Of a stretch of 64,000 bases of DNA, positions 28,175 through 37,697 are shown piece by piece; position 1 is the first letter of the stretch, and each line of letters opens with the position of its first letter. The translations under genes were made by a program, and so were the position numbers. The notes below the pieces were generated by a model. The model was not told where the DNA came from and did no database searches. It was given only the letters and a program-made list of their open reading frames with translations. The stretch lies in NCBI GenBank assembly GCA_018335875.1, contig JAGXRN010000067.1, forward strand, positions 20,688 to 84,687. The letters are read 5' to 3'. This stretch comes from Dethiobacter sp. (GTDB taxonomy: Bacteria; Bacillota; Dethiobacteria; Dethiobacterales; Dethiobacteraceae).

Positions 28175-28880
28175 CGAACAACTGCCGGGTGAAAAAAATA
28201 TGTCACGGGATTTAGCCATTCTTGACGAAGTGGCAAAGGCTGCAGCGCCGCCAACTCTCCGTTTCTATACCTGGAGCCCTCCAGCCTTATCGCTGGGCTA
28301 TTTTCAGCAAGCTGAGGACGTGGCTGATATAGAGGCTTGCAGGCGCCTTGGCATAGAAATTGTGAGGAGGCCAACCGGAGGCAGAGCGCTGCTTCACCAC
28401 CGCGAACTAACTTATAGCGTGGCTGTGCCAGAAGGCCACCCGCTTATACCCACTGCAGTACTGCCTGCCTATAAGTTTCTCAGCAGTGCAATCATTAACG
28501 GTCTTTCCCTGTTAGGCGTAGAGGCTGACCTCTCAGCGGGTGAGAACAGGGGGAGGGGAAAGGCGCCGGGTTCGTGTTTTGATACTCCTTCAGCCTATGA
28601 AATACAAATTGGGGGCAAGAAAGTGGTAGGAAGCGCTCAGCTTCGCCGCAATGGAGCTCTTCTGCAGCACGGCTCTATTCTGCTTGAACTCTCACTGGAC
28701 CTCTACCGCCATGTCCTGCGCCATGACTGCAGGGAGGATAATTATATTGATATTCTGGGCAAAAGGGCGGCAGGGCTTCATGATCTTGGTTACAATACAC
28801 CCATAGAGGATCTTACGGGGGCAATGGTCAGTGGTTTTTCAGAGCTGCTGTCGACCGACTTCTTAAGGGAGGATTTATGA
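28146..28880 (+). CDS. Lipoate-protein ligase / octanoyltransferase family protein (catalytic domain only)
   Basis: WRLI...NMSRDLAILDE, RRPTGGRALLH and KKVVGSAQLRR (lipoyl-AMP lysine region). Length is 244 aa. Confidence 0.85.
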   Translation: MREVWRLICDEQLPGEKNMSRDLAILDEVAKAAAPPTLRFYTWSPPALSLGYFQQAEDVADIEACRRLGIEIVRRPTGGRALLHHRELTYSVAVPEGHPLIPTAVLPAYKFLSSAIINGLSLLGVEADLSAGENRGRGKAPGSCFDTPSAYEIQIGGKKVVGSAQLRRNGALLQHGSILLELSLDLYRHVLRHDCREDNYIDILGKRAAGLHDLGYNTPIEDLTGAMVSGFSELLSTDFLREDL

Positions 28881-28881
28881 T

Positions 28882-30282
28882 ATGGAACACTACCAGCTGA
28901 CTGTAATAGGAGGGGGTCCAGGCGGTTATGCAGCTGCCCTGCGCGCCGCTGCCCTGGGGCAGAAAACCCTCTTGATTGAGAAAGAAACACTGGGTGGCAC
29001 ATGCCTCAATCACGGGTGCATCCCAACCAAAACTTTGTTTCACAGCGCACAGCTCTATAATAAAATAAAAAAAGCAGGTGAATTCGGTTTTAGTACCGGT
29101 GAAGTTACTTTTTCTTATGGAAAAATACAGGACAGAAAAATTGCCGTTGTGGACAAACTTGTCACCGGTCTTTCAGGCTTGCTCAAAAGAGCCGGTGTTG
29201 AAACTTGTTTTGGCACGGCACAGCTTATTTCAGCCAACTTGGTTGAGATAGAAAAGGCAGATGGGAACAGGCTTAGGGCAGGTACAGACAAAATTATACT
29301 GGCGCCGGGCAGCGAGGAAATAATTCCCTCCGTCACCGGGATAGAACTGCCAGGAATTCTTACTTCAAGAGAGGCACTGGCGCTGAGGGAAGTTCCATCC
29401 AGCCTGGCAGTAATCGGCGGTGGTGTCATCGCTGTTGAGATGGCTTCAATCTTTGCATCTTTTGGCTGCTCTGTGACCATTGTGCAGAGAAGTATAATAC
29501 TGCGCCGGGAAGACAGGGAAATGGTGCGCCGCCTGATTCCTTATCTGCGCAAACAAGGCATTAAGATCATGACAGACACTCAGCTGGAAAAAATCGAACA
29601 GTCTGCAAACGGCTATGCTCTCACTGTCAGTGCAAGGCAAAAAGAAGAAACCGTAAAGGCGGAAGCTGTGCTGGTGGCAGTTGGCCGCAAGGCTTCAAGC
29701 GGAGGCCTTGACCTTAACTCCCTGGGGATTAAGTGCAGTTCCAGGGGCATTGATGTAAGTGATACAATGGAAACAAGTGCTGCGGGAGTCTATGCCATCG
29801 GGGACGCAGCTGCCCCGGGTTACTTCCTGGCTCACGTAGCAACCCACCAGGGGATTGTGGCAGCAGAAAACGCCGCCGGCCTGCAATCTGTTTTTAAAGG
29901 AGAAGTTGTGCCTGTCTGCATCTTTACACAGCCGGAACTGGCGCGAGTCGGGCTCACTGAAGAAGAGGCCAGAGAAAAAGGTTATGACGTTAAAGTAGGC
30001 AAATTTCCTTTTTCCGCCAACGGCAAGGCCTTTTTGCAAGGAGAAGGGGAAGGCGCCGTTAAAATTGTCTGTGACGGCAAAGACGGCCCTGTGCTTGGCG
30101 TCCATATATTGGGTCCGCATGCTTCCGACCTGATACAGGAGGGAGCGCTGGCAGTTTCTGCCGGCATTAAAATAAGTGAACTGGCGGATTTAATCCATCC
30201 CCATCCAACATTAAGCGAAGCTGTCTGGGAGGCTGCCCTTACTGTGGGAAAATCGCCGCTGCATCTTGAACACTGGGGGTAA
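28882..30282 (+). CDS. lpdA: Dihydrolipoyl dehydrogenase (L protein / E3)
   Basis: GGGPGGY..GGTCLNHGCIPTK redox disulfide and the C-terminal HPHPTLSE motif. Confidence 0.93.
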   Translation: MEHYQLTVIGGGPGGYAAALRAAALGQKTLLIEKETLGGTCLNHGCIPTKTLFHSAQLYNKIKKAGEFGFSTGEVTFSYGKIQDRKIAVVDKLVTGLSGLLKRAGVETCFGTAQLISANLVEIEKADGNRLRAGTDKIILAPGSEEIIPSVTGIELPGILTSREALALREVPSSLAVIGGGVIAVEMASIFASFGCSVTIVQRSIILRREDREMVRRLIPYLRKQGIKIMTDTQLEKIEQSANGYALTVSARQKEETVKAEAVLVAVGRKASSGGLDLNSLGIKCSSRGIDVSDTMETSAAGVYAIGDAAAPGYFLAHVATHQGIVAAENAAGLQSVFKGEVVPVCIFTQPELARVGLTEEEAREKGYDVKVGKFPFSANGKAFLQGEGEGAVKIVCDGKDGPVLGVHILGPHASDLIQEGALAVSAGIKISELADLIHPHPTLSEAVWEAALTVGKSPLHLEHWG

Positions 30283-30328
30283 TGATGATACTATAGATAA
30301 AATACCTTTTAGCCTGAGGGGGAAAAAT

Positions 30329-31906
30329 ATGAGGGTACTTGTCAGCGAGGAAATATCAGAACAAGGTTTGGACAAGCTTAGGGAAAAAGCGCTTGTGGAC
30401 GTGTTAACAGGCCTTTCTCCCGACGAACTGATGGAAAAAATCCCTGCCTACGACGCTTTAATCGTACGCAGTTCTACCAAGGTAACACGCAGCGTGCTGG
30501 AAGCCGGGGTCAGGCTTAAAGTAGTGGGGCGTGCAGGCGTTGGTGTGGATAATATAGATGTGGAAGCAGCAACAGAGCGCGGCATAATCGTCATCAACGC
30601 CCCGGAAGGAAATATTATTTCTGCTGCTGAACATACCATCGCCATGATGACATCTCTGGCCAGGAATATCCCGTCGGCAGTTTCTTCTCTCAAAGCAGGA
30701 CTGTGGAAGCGGTCGGAACACATGGGTGTTGAGCTGTTTAAAAAAACCCTTGGTGTGATTGGAATAGGGCGGGTCGGCAGCGAGGTCAGTAAAAGGGCCA
30801 GAGCTATGGGTATGGAGATCATCGCCTACGACCCCTATATTTCAGTAGAGCATGCCGCAAAAATAGGCGCAACAATGGCCAGTGTGGAAGAAGTCTGCCG
30901 CAGGGCCGATTTTATTACGCTGCATGCCCCGTTGACTCCCAAAACACGTTATATTATAGGTAAGAGCGAGTTGGCAGTAATGAAAGACGGTGTAAGGCTG
31001 ATTAACTGCGCACGAGGTGGCCTCATTGACGAGCAGGCACTCTACGATGCACTCAAATCAGGTAAAGTTGCCGGCGCTGCTCTGGATGTTTTCGAGCAGG
31101 AGCCGGCCCTGAATAATCCGCTCTTTGAGTTTGACAATGTGCTCGCCACTCCGCATCTTGGCGCCTCCACTGCAGAGGCACAGGTGAATGTGGCCGTTCA
31201 GGTAGCGGAGCATGTGATAAGCGCCCTTTTGGGAGAACCGCTGCTGAGCGCAGTCAATGTGCCTGTCATTCCGCCTGAAACAATGGCCGGCGTGCTCCCG
31301 TTCATACCGCTCATGAAAACATTGGGCTCCTTTTATACCCAGGTCTTTAACGGCAAAGTGGAAGCAGTCGATATCATTTACAGCGGAGAGATAGCAGGTT
31401 ATCCTGTCACTCCCCTGACCAACTCACTGCTGATTGGCCTGCTTTCTTCAATCCTTCATGAAACCGTGAACTATGTGAACGTGGCCGTGGTAACCAAGCA
31501 ACGCGGCATCAGGGTGCGGGAAATAACCAGCAAAACAGTAGAAAATTTCGCAAACCTGATTACAGTCAACATTAAATCAAATGGAGGGACCAATACGATC
31601 GCGGGCACACTCTTCCACAAAAACGATCCCCGCATCGTGCAGATAGGAAAACACAGAATTGAAGTGTCCCCGTCGAGGTATATGCTTGTAACAACACATA
31701 TCGATTTGCCCGGTGTCATCGGCAGTGTGGGGACTCTCCTGGGTAAAAATAACGTCAACATCGCAGGAATGCAGGTCGGGCGGGAATCAATCGGCGGCGA
31801 AGCCGTGATGGTGCTTCAGGTTGACGGCCCCGTCCCCGAAGAGATACTAAGTCAGGTTGAACAGCTCACTCCCATATCTTCAGTCTTCTTTGTCAGACTG
31901 GACTAA
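30329..31906 (+). CDS. serA: D-3-phosphoglycerate dehydrogenase (long form with ACT domain)
   Basis: MRVLVSE start, GIGRVGSEV NAD-binding motif, CARGG and HLGAST. Length is about 525 aa. Confidence 0.93.
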   Translation: MRVLVSEEISEQGLDKLREKALVDVLTGLSPDELMEKIPAYDALIVRSSTKVTRSVLEAGVRLKVVGRAGVGVDNIDVEAATERGIIVINAPEGNIISAAEHTIAMMTSLARNIPSAVSSLKAGLWKRSEHMGVELFKKTLGVIGIGRVGSEVSKRARAMGMEIIAYDPYISVEHAAKIGATMASVEEVCRRADFITLHAPLTPKTRYIIGKSELAVMKDGVRLINCARGGLIDEQALYDALKSGKVAGAALDVFEQEPALNNPLFEFDNVLATPHLGASTAEAQVNVAVQVAEHVISALLGEPLLSAVNVPVIPPETMAGVLPFIPLMKTLGSFYTQVFNGKVEAVDIIYSGEIAGYPVTPLTNSLLIGLLSSILHETVNYVNVAVVTKQRGIRVREITSKTVENFANLITVNIKSNGGTNTIAGTLFHKNDPRIVQIGKHRIEVSPSRYMLVTTHIDLPGVIGSVGTLLGKNNVNIAGMQVGRESIGGEAVMVLQVDGPVPEEILSQVEQLTPISSVFFVRLD

Positions 31907-31947
31907 ATGCAGCACAGGTAAGCTCAGAAAAATATCTCTATAAAGCA

Positions 31948-31985
31948 AAAAGTCGGCATCAGTTATTCGGGTGCCGACTTTTGTG
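31948..31985 (+). terminator. Rho-independent terminator after serA
   Basis: AAGTCGGCA (31950-31958) / TGCCGACTT (31972-31980), then TTGT. Confidence 0.7.
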
Positions 31986-32055
31986 ACGATACCAGGATTT
32001 CCAGCCGGCATGATGTTGACTAAATTGGAAAGCCATGGTATTATTATGCAAATAG

Positions 32056-32093
32056 TAGACTCACGAGTCATAATATAGACCCATGAGTCATAA
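32056..32093. promoter_or_regulatory. Two direct 18-nt repeats, each with an internal palindrome (candidate TetR operators)
   Basis: TAGACTCACGAGTCATAA (32056-32073) and TAGACCCATGAGTCATAA (32076-32093). The cores are GACTC-AC-GAGTC, and the centres are 20 nt apart. Confidence 0.45.
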
Positions 32094-32109
32094 AGGAGAA
32101 CGAACAGTC

Positions 32110-32757
32110 ATGTCACGCAATGAAAAAGAGAGGTCTTTTCGCAGAAAACTGCTGGCAGAAACCGCAGCACGCCTTTTCAGGGAAAGGTCTTACCATACCA
32201 TTAAAGTTGAGGAAATTACAAATGATGCTGAATTCAGCAAGGGGAGTTTCTACAAATACTTTTACAATAAAGACGAACTTGTATGTGAAATAGTTTACAG
32301 TGAGACGCAAAAACTCAGTGCACAACTGGCTGTCATATTGAATAAATCAGAACCTATCTACGATATTCTGATGTTTATGGCACAAGCGCTTCTTACTTAT
32401 CACTGCAATACAATACATCTGACGTTTATATTGGATGAATTGCTGCCTGGGGACAATTCCAGACATAGCACGCCTGATCGTCAAAACTTTGTAGCGGAAA
32501 AATTAATGCAGTCCTGGAAATTGAAAATAGCCACAGCACTGGAGCAAAATTATTCTTTGCTGAATAAAATCTTTGCTGCTGCTGTGAGCAATAAACAATT
32601 AAGGGAAATTCCGGTTCCCTTACTCTCTTTGCTGTTAGATAATCTGGCAAAAGGAATGTCATACAGATGTCAGTCAGGCTCATCAAATAATTATAAAGAC
32701 AACATTTTACCCCTCGCTGAAACTGTCAGGCTTTTGCTTGAGGGTATAAAAGCTTAA
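32110..32757 (+). CDS. TetR/AcrR-family transcriptional regulator
   Basis: HTH region ITNDAEFSKGSFYKYFYNKDEL. ATG at 32110 lies after AAAGGAG; the ORF-track start at 32083 sits inside the operator repeat. Confidence 0.85.
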   Translation: MSRNEKERSFRRKLLAETAARLFRERSYHTIKVEEITNDAEFSKGSFYKYFYNKDELVCEIVYSETQKLSAQLAVILNKSEPIYDILMFMAQALLTYHCNTIHLTFILDELLPGDNSRHSTPDRQNFVAEKLMQSWKLKIATALEQNYSLLNKIFAAAVSNKQLREIPVPLLSLLLDNLAKGMSYRCQSGSSNNYKDNILPLAETVRLLLEGIKA

Positions 32758-32809
32758 ATAAAACGCAATCCCGGTAATTACTGTTTTCCGAGAATGCTGT
32801 ATTTGCAAC

Positions 32810-33409
32810 TTACCTGCGCACAACCAGCACTTCCTCCGGAGGCCCGCACACAAACTCGTTGCAGCCTATGATGAAAAGTGTGCCGCGTGTACCCGCCGGG
32901 ACATCCCAGGTGAAACGAACTGAACGCTGCCTTGGCACTACTTCTTCAATGGCTATCAGGTGAGCAGGGTGGAAAATCCTTGTTCCTGCCGGGGCGAGGA
33001 AGAAAAAAACCTGGGTGACAGGGCTGGAAAAGATGACCCTGATGAAGGTGCGGGCAGCCAGCACAACAGAACCATTCTGTACCTGTAAGGGCTCACCGGA
33101 TGGCCCCAGGAATTCAACAAACAGCACTTTGGGCGCAAAGGGTTGAAAAACCGGTAATACTCTGATCTCGGGTACGCAGATAATCTGCCTGACAAAGATA
33201 TTTCGCGATCTGCTGCTGATTTGAGGGTTTGCTTCCAGTAACTTTGGTACAGAGCAGCCGAATTTCTTAGCAATGGTATGAAGGCTGTCTTTTGAGTGTA
33301 CTGTGTGCAGGAAACCGTTACAGCTGGACGGGGGACCGGGAATTATATGAGAGTGTACCGCACGCGGGCTCCTATACACCCTCCTGCGTTTAGATTCCAT
33401 TATATCCAC
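32810..33409 (-). CDS. LysM-domain protein
   Basis: HTVHSKDSLHTIAKKFGCSVPKLLEANPQI...ICVP is a LysM domain. I do not recognise the C-terminal beta-rich domain. Confidence 0.7.
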   Translation of the reverse strand: MDIMESKRRRVYRSPRAVHSHIIPGPPSSCNGFLHTVHSKDSLHTIAKKFGCSVPKLLEANPQISSRSRNIFVRQIICVPEIRVLPVFQPFAPKVLFVEFLGPSGEPLQVQNGSVVLAARTFIRVIFSSPVTQVFFFLAPAGTRIFHPAHLIAIEEVVPRQRSVRFTWDVPAGTRGTLFIIGCNEFVCGPPEEVLVVRR

Positions 33410-33642
33410 CTCGCATTAATAACTTATATAGTTCAGTATATGGCGATATGGCAAGTTTGGTGAAATACAGTTGTGCCTATAAAATAGCACACCGTCTGCG
33501 GGATAAGCTGCAGAAAATAGTACATAAGTCCCAGAATAACCAGGAAAAATTTCCCGGGCAATATCCCATAATTATTATAGTTGTGATACTTTTTGTAAAT
33601 TTCGGCAAGCAAAGCCAACGAATTATTGCGTTAACACTATCA

Positions 33643-33671
33643 GGCGGGTGCAAGCGCCCGCTTTGCTTTTT
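33643..33671 (+). terminator. Orphan terminator-like hairpin about 85 nt upstream of miaB
   Basis: GCGGGTG-CAAG-CGCCCGC followed by TTTGCTTTTT. No plus-strand gene lies upstream of it. Confidence 0.45.
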
Positions 33672-33755
33672 GGGAAAATTATATTACAATGGTAACAATA
33701 CATAAAACCTGTGGGACAAACAGCTTGTCCTTTGTCTCTTGGAGGAAAATAAGAC

Positions 33756-35081
33756 ATGGAAAAAAATAAATATATTATGACTGTTTTTGGCTGTCAGATG
33801 AACGAGCGTGACGCGGAGACTTTGCGCGGCTTTTTGGATGAATTGGGATATGAAGAGGTAGAGAAAGTTAAGGATGCCGGCCTGGTGATAATGAATACCT
33901 GCGCTGTGCGGCAGAAGGCGGAAGAGAAGGTTTTCGGCCATATCGGCAGGCTGGGTAAGCTGAAACAGGAGAACCCCGACCTGACTATAGCTATTTGTGG
34001 CTGCATGGTGCAGCAGGAAGAAGTGGCCAAGAAAATAAAAAAGAGTTACCCCTACGTAGACCTCATTTTCGGTACTCATAATATAGCAACTTTTCCTGAG
34101 CTTTTGCAGAGAGCACAGGAGAGTGAAGAGACAATACTGGACCTCTGGGATGATGCCGGCCAGGTTGTGGAGGGCCTGCCGGTTACCCGCAAGGACGGTA
34201 TTAAGGCTTGGGTGAATATCACCTATGGGTGCAATAATTTTTGTTCTTACTGTGTTGTACCTTATGTGCGCGGCAGGGAAAGAAGCCGCTTGCCCGGAGA
34301 TATTGTTGCCGAGGTCAGCTCGCTTGCCGCTAAAGGTTTCAGGGAAGTGACACTGCTTGGCCAGAATGTAAATTCATACGGCAAGGATCTGGACGAGCTT
34401 GTGGATTTTGCCTCCCTGCTGCATCGGGTTGATACTGAAACGGAGATTGACCGTGTACGCTTTATGACCTCTCATCCCCGTGATTTTAACGAGAAGCTGG
34501 CAAAAGTGATAGCTGAGGGCAGGAGCGTCTGCGAACACGTGCACCTGCCTATACAGTCGGGCAGCAACAGGATACTTGAACTGATGAACAGGGGTTACAC
34601 GCGCGAGCATTACCTGGCGCTTGCAGAGATGCTGAGGGGTTATGTACCGTCATGCGCTCTGACTACAGATATAATTGTGGGCTTCCCCGGAGAAACTGAA
34701 GAAGATTTTGCCATGACGCTTGAGATTGTGGAAATAGTGGGCTTTGACTCTGCATTTACTTTTCTTTACTCCCCCCGCAAAGGCACCCCTGCGGCAAAGA
34801 TGCCGGGACAGGTGGACAACGGTGTTAAAAAAGAGCGCTTTTCCAGACTGTTGGAGGCGCAGAACCGCTGGAGCCTGGAGCGCAGCAAAGCACTTGTCGG
34901 CAGCGTGCACGAGTTGCTGGTGGAAGGCCCCAGCAAGACGGAAAAACATGTGCTCACAGGAAGGACGCGTCAGAACAAAACTGTTAACTTTACAGGAGAA
35001 AATGTGATGCCAGGCGAATTGGTTATGGTGGAGATTATTGAAGCCAGGACCTGGAGCCTGGCCGGGAGGCTGAAGACTTGA
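33756..35081 (+). CDS. miaB: tRNA-2-methylthio-N6-dimethylallyladenosine synthase
   Basis: FGCQMNERD, a radical SAM CNNFCSYC motif and a TRAM domain. Confidence 0.93.
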   Translation: MEKNKYIMTVFGCQMNERDAETLRGFLDELGYEEVEKVKDAGLVIMNTCAVRQKAEEKVFGHIGRLGKLKQENPDLTIAICGCMVQQEEVAKKIKKSYPYVDLIFGTHNIATFPELLQRAQESEETILDLWDDAGQVVEGLPVTRKDGIKAWVNITYGCNNFCSYCVVPYVRGRERSRLPGDIVAEVSSLAAKGFREVTLLGQNVNSYGKDLDELVDFASLLHRVDTETEIDRVRFMTSHPRDFNEKLAKVIAEGRSVCEHVHLPIQSGSNRILELMNRGYTREHYLALAEMLRGYVPSCALTTDIIVGFPGETEEDFAMTLEIVEIVGFDSAFTFLYSPRKGTPAAKMPGQVDNGVKKERFSRLLEAQNRWSLERSKALVGSVHELLVEGPSKTEKHVLTGRTRQNKTVNFTGENVMPGELVMVEIIEARTWSLAGRLKT

Positions 35082-37696
35082 GCAGGGAAACACCGATGAT
35101 TCGCCAGTACAGAGAGATAAAGGACCAAAACAGGGACAAAATACTTTTTTTCCGCGTCGGAGATTTCTACGAAATGTTCTATGAAGATGCCAAAATTGGC
35201 GCCAGGGAACTGGAAATTACCCTGACTTCCCGTGAGACCGGTAAAGACCACCATGTACCTTTGGCCGGATTTCCGTATCACGCCCTTGATTCATACCTGG
35301 GACGTTTGATTGAGCGTGGTTATAAGGTAGCTATCTGCGACCAGGTTGAAGATCCAAAACTGGCTAAAGGGCTGGTTAAAAGAGAAATCGTCCGTGTGAT
35401 TACGCCGGGGACAGTGATAGAATCAGCCCTGCTCGATGAAAAGACAAATAATTACCTGGTTGCCGTCTATGGCAGCCACGGCAGTTTTGGCCTGGCTACT
35501 GTGGATGTATCTACCGGTGACTTTTTTCTGGCAGATATTAGGGGAAAAAGGGCGGGGCAGATGCTGTCCGACGAGTTGTTCCGTCTGTGCCCGGCAGAAA
35601 TCATAGTGAATGAATCGGCTGCAGCCGGAAGTGCGCTGGCGGATGCCCTGAGCCGCCTCCCTGAAAGAGTTTCTGTCAATCCGATGGGGGAGAAGAATTT
35701 TGCTGCAGCGAAAGCTAAGGCAGTTACCCTGGCACAGTTTGGTGTGCAGAGCCTGGAGAGCCTTGGCTGCGCAGGGATGCCGGCGGCTGTGGCCGCGGCC
35801 GGCGCTGCACTCTGTTACCTGCAGGAAAACCAGCAGAGCAGCCTGAGCCACCTGCGCCGGCCCACTATTTACGCTGCGCAAGGATTTATGGCCCTTGACT
35901 CTGCCACAAGGCGCAACCTTGAACTGACCAGGACGATTCGCGGCGAAAGTAAGCAGGGTTCACTGCTGTGGGTGCTGGACAAGACACGCACAGCCATGGG
36001 GGGGAGGCTGCTGCGGCGCTGGCTTGAGCAGCCGCTGCTTAACATGGATGCTGTCAACCGGCGACTGGATGCTGTGGAAGAACTGGCAGGCACTGTTCAG
36101 CTGCTTGAAGATTTAAATTCTTTGTTGGAGCGTGCCTATGACCTGGAGCGCCTGATGGGCAGGATAAATTGCGGCAGTGCCAATGCCAGGGACCTGGTGG
36201 CTTTGCGCGGGACTCTTGATGTGCTGCCGGCCGTACGCCACATGCTTGAAGCCGGGGGAGGCGAACAGTTGAAATCCCTTGCCGGGCGGCTGCCGCAGCT
36301 TGAGAGCCTGGCATCTTTTCTGAAAGCTGCCATAGTGGATGAGCCTCCCTTGGGTATAAAAGAGGGGGGAGTTATAAACGCAGGCTTCCACCCTGAAGTC
36401 GACAGGCTGCGCCGGGATTGTGGCGACGGCAGAGAATATATCCTCGGCCTTGAGCAGCGCGAGAGGGAACGCACAGGCATTAAGTCGCTTAAAGTTGGCT
36501 ACAACAGAGTATTTGGCTATTATATTGAAATTACAAGAGCCAATGATCACCTGGCGCCTGATGATTACCTGCGAAAACAGACACTGGCAAATGCCGAGCG
36601 CTACCTGACGCCGGAACTTAAGGAATACGAGGCTCTGGTGCTGGGAGCGGAAGAAAAGATATGCGCCCTGGAATATGACATATTTCTTGAAGTGAGGGGG
36701 AAAGCAGCAGCATACACACATGCTATTCAGGAAGCCGCCGATGTGATTGCCAACATAGACGTTTTTGCTTCACTGGCAAGGGTGGCCAGGGATAACCGTT
36801 ATATAAGGCCCTTGGTAGATGACAGCGATGTGATTGAAATCAGGGACGGTCGGCACCCTGTGGTGGAAAAGGTTTTAAAAGAGCAGCTGTTTGTGGCGAA
36901 CGACACCAATCTTGACGGAAGCAAGCGGCGGATACTGATCATTACCGGCCCCAATATGGCGGGAAAGTCTACTTACATGCGGCAGGTTGCCCTTATCGTC
37001 CTGCTTGCCCAAATCGGCAGTTTTGTGCCGGCCAAAAAAGCACGCATCGGCCTGGTGGACCGCATTTTTACACGCATCGGTGCTGCTGATGACCTTGTAG
37101 GAGGGCAGAGCACTTTTATGCTGGAGATGAGTGAAGTGGCCAATATTCTCCATGGCGCCACTTCAAGGAGCCTGGTACTGCTGGACGAGGTGGGGAGAGG
37201 TACAAGTACTTTCGACGGTATAAGCATTGCAAGGTCGGTGGTGGAATATTTGCAGCGCAGAGTAAAGGCTCGTACTCTTTTTGCCACCCATTACCACGAA
37301 CTGACTTCGCTGGCTGACGAGCTGGACGGCGTCATCAACCTTGCCACAGCAGTGAAGGAAAGGGGAGAAGATATACTTTTCCTGCACAAAGTGGTGGCAG
37401 GCAGTGTCGACAGGAGTTATGGCATACAGGTGGCGCGCCTGGCAGGCCTGCCGCCACAGGTCATAGACAGGGCCCGGGAACTGCTGGCGGTCCTTGAGTG
37501 CACTCAGGCAGGGGTGATGGCGGAAACGGCTGCTGCCGCAGAACCGGGGCAGCTCCAGCTTTTTGTGCCTGACCCGGAACTGGCCTCAGTTCTTGATGTG
37601 CTGGAGAATACGGACATAATGACTACAACACCTCTGGAAGCCATGCAGTTCCTCTACAGGCTCCAGCAGGCCCTGAAAAAAGGAGAACGGCCTTAA
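35078..37696 (+). CDS. mutS: DNA mismatch repair protein MutS
   Basis: TPMIRQY, GPNMAGKST Walker A and DEVGRGTST. Confidence 0.97.
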   Translation: MSRETPMIRQYREIKDQNRDKILFFRVGDFYEMFYEDAKIGARELEITLTSRETGKDHHVPLAGFPYHALDSYLGRLIERGYKVAICDQVEDPKLAKGLVKREIVRVITPGTVIESALLDEKTNNYLVAVYGSHGSFGLATVDVSTGDFFLADIRGKRAGQMLSDELFRLCPAEIIVNESAAAGSALADALSRLPERVSVNPMGEKNFAAAKAKAVTLAQFGVQSLESLGCAGMPAAVAAAGAALCYLQENQQSSLSHLRRPTIYAAQGFMALDSATRRNLELTRTIRGESKQGSLLWVLDKTRTAMGGRLLRRWLEQPLLNMDAVNRRLDAVEELAGTVQLLEDLNSLLERAYDLERLMGRINCGSANARDLVALRGTLDVLPAVRHMLEAGGGEQLKSLAGRLPQLESLASFLKAAIVDEPPLGIKEGGVINAGFHPEVDRLRRDCGDGREYILGLEQRERERTGIKSLKVGYNRVFGYYIEITRANDHLAPDDYLRKQTLANAERYLTPELKEYEALVLGAEEKICALEYDIFLEVRGKAAAYTHAIQEAADVIANIDVFASLARVARDNRYIRPLVDDSDVIEIRDGRHPVVEKVLKEQLFVANDTNLDGSKRRILIITGPNMAGKSTYMRQVALIVLLAQIGSFVPAKKARIGLVDRIFTRIGAADDLVGGQSTFMLEMSEVANILHGATSRSLVLLDEVGRGTSTFDGISIARSVVEYLQRRVKARTLFATHYHELTSLADELDGVINLATAVKERGEDILFLHKVVAGSVDRSYGIQVARLAGLPPQVIDRARELLAVLECTQAGVMAETAAAAEPGQLQLFVPDPELASVLDVLENTDIMTTTPLEAMQFLYRLQQALKKGERP

Positions 37697-37697
37697 A

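Noticed and set aside
33433-33705. Small ORFs (61 aa minus strand, 85 aa plus strand) between the LysM gene and miaB
   Set aside because: The minus-strand ORF has a TTG start and no RBS. The plus-strand ORF runs through an intrinsic terminator hairpin. Neither has supporting signals.
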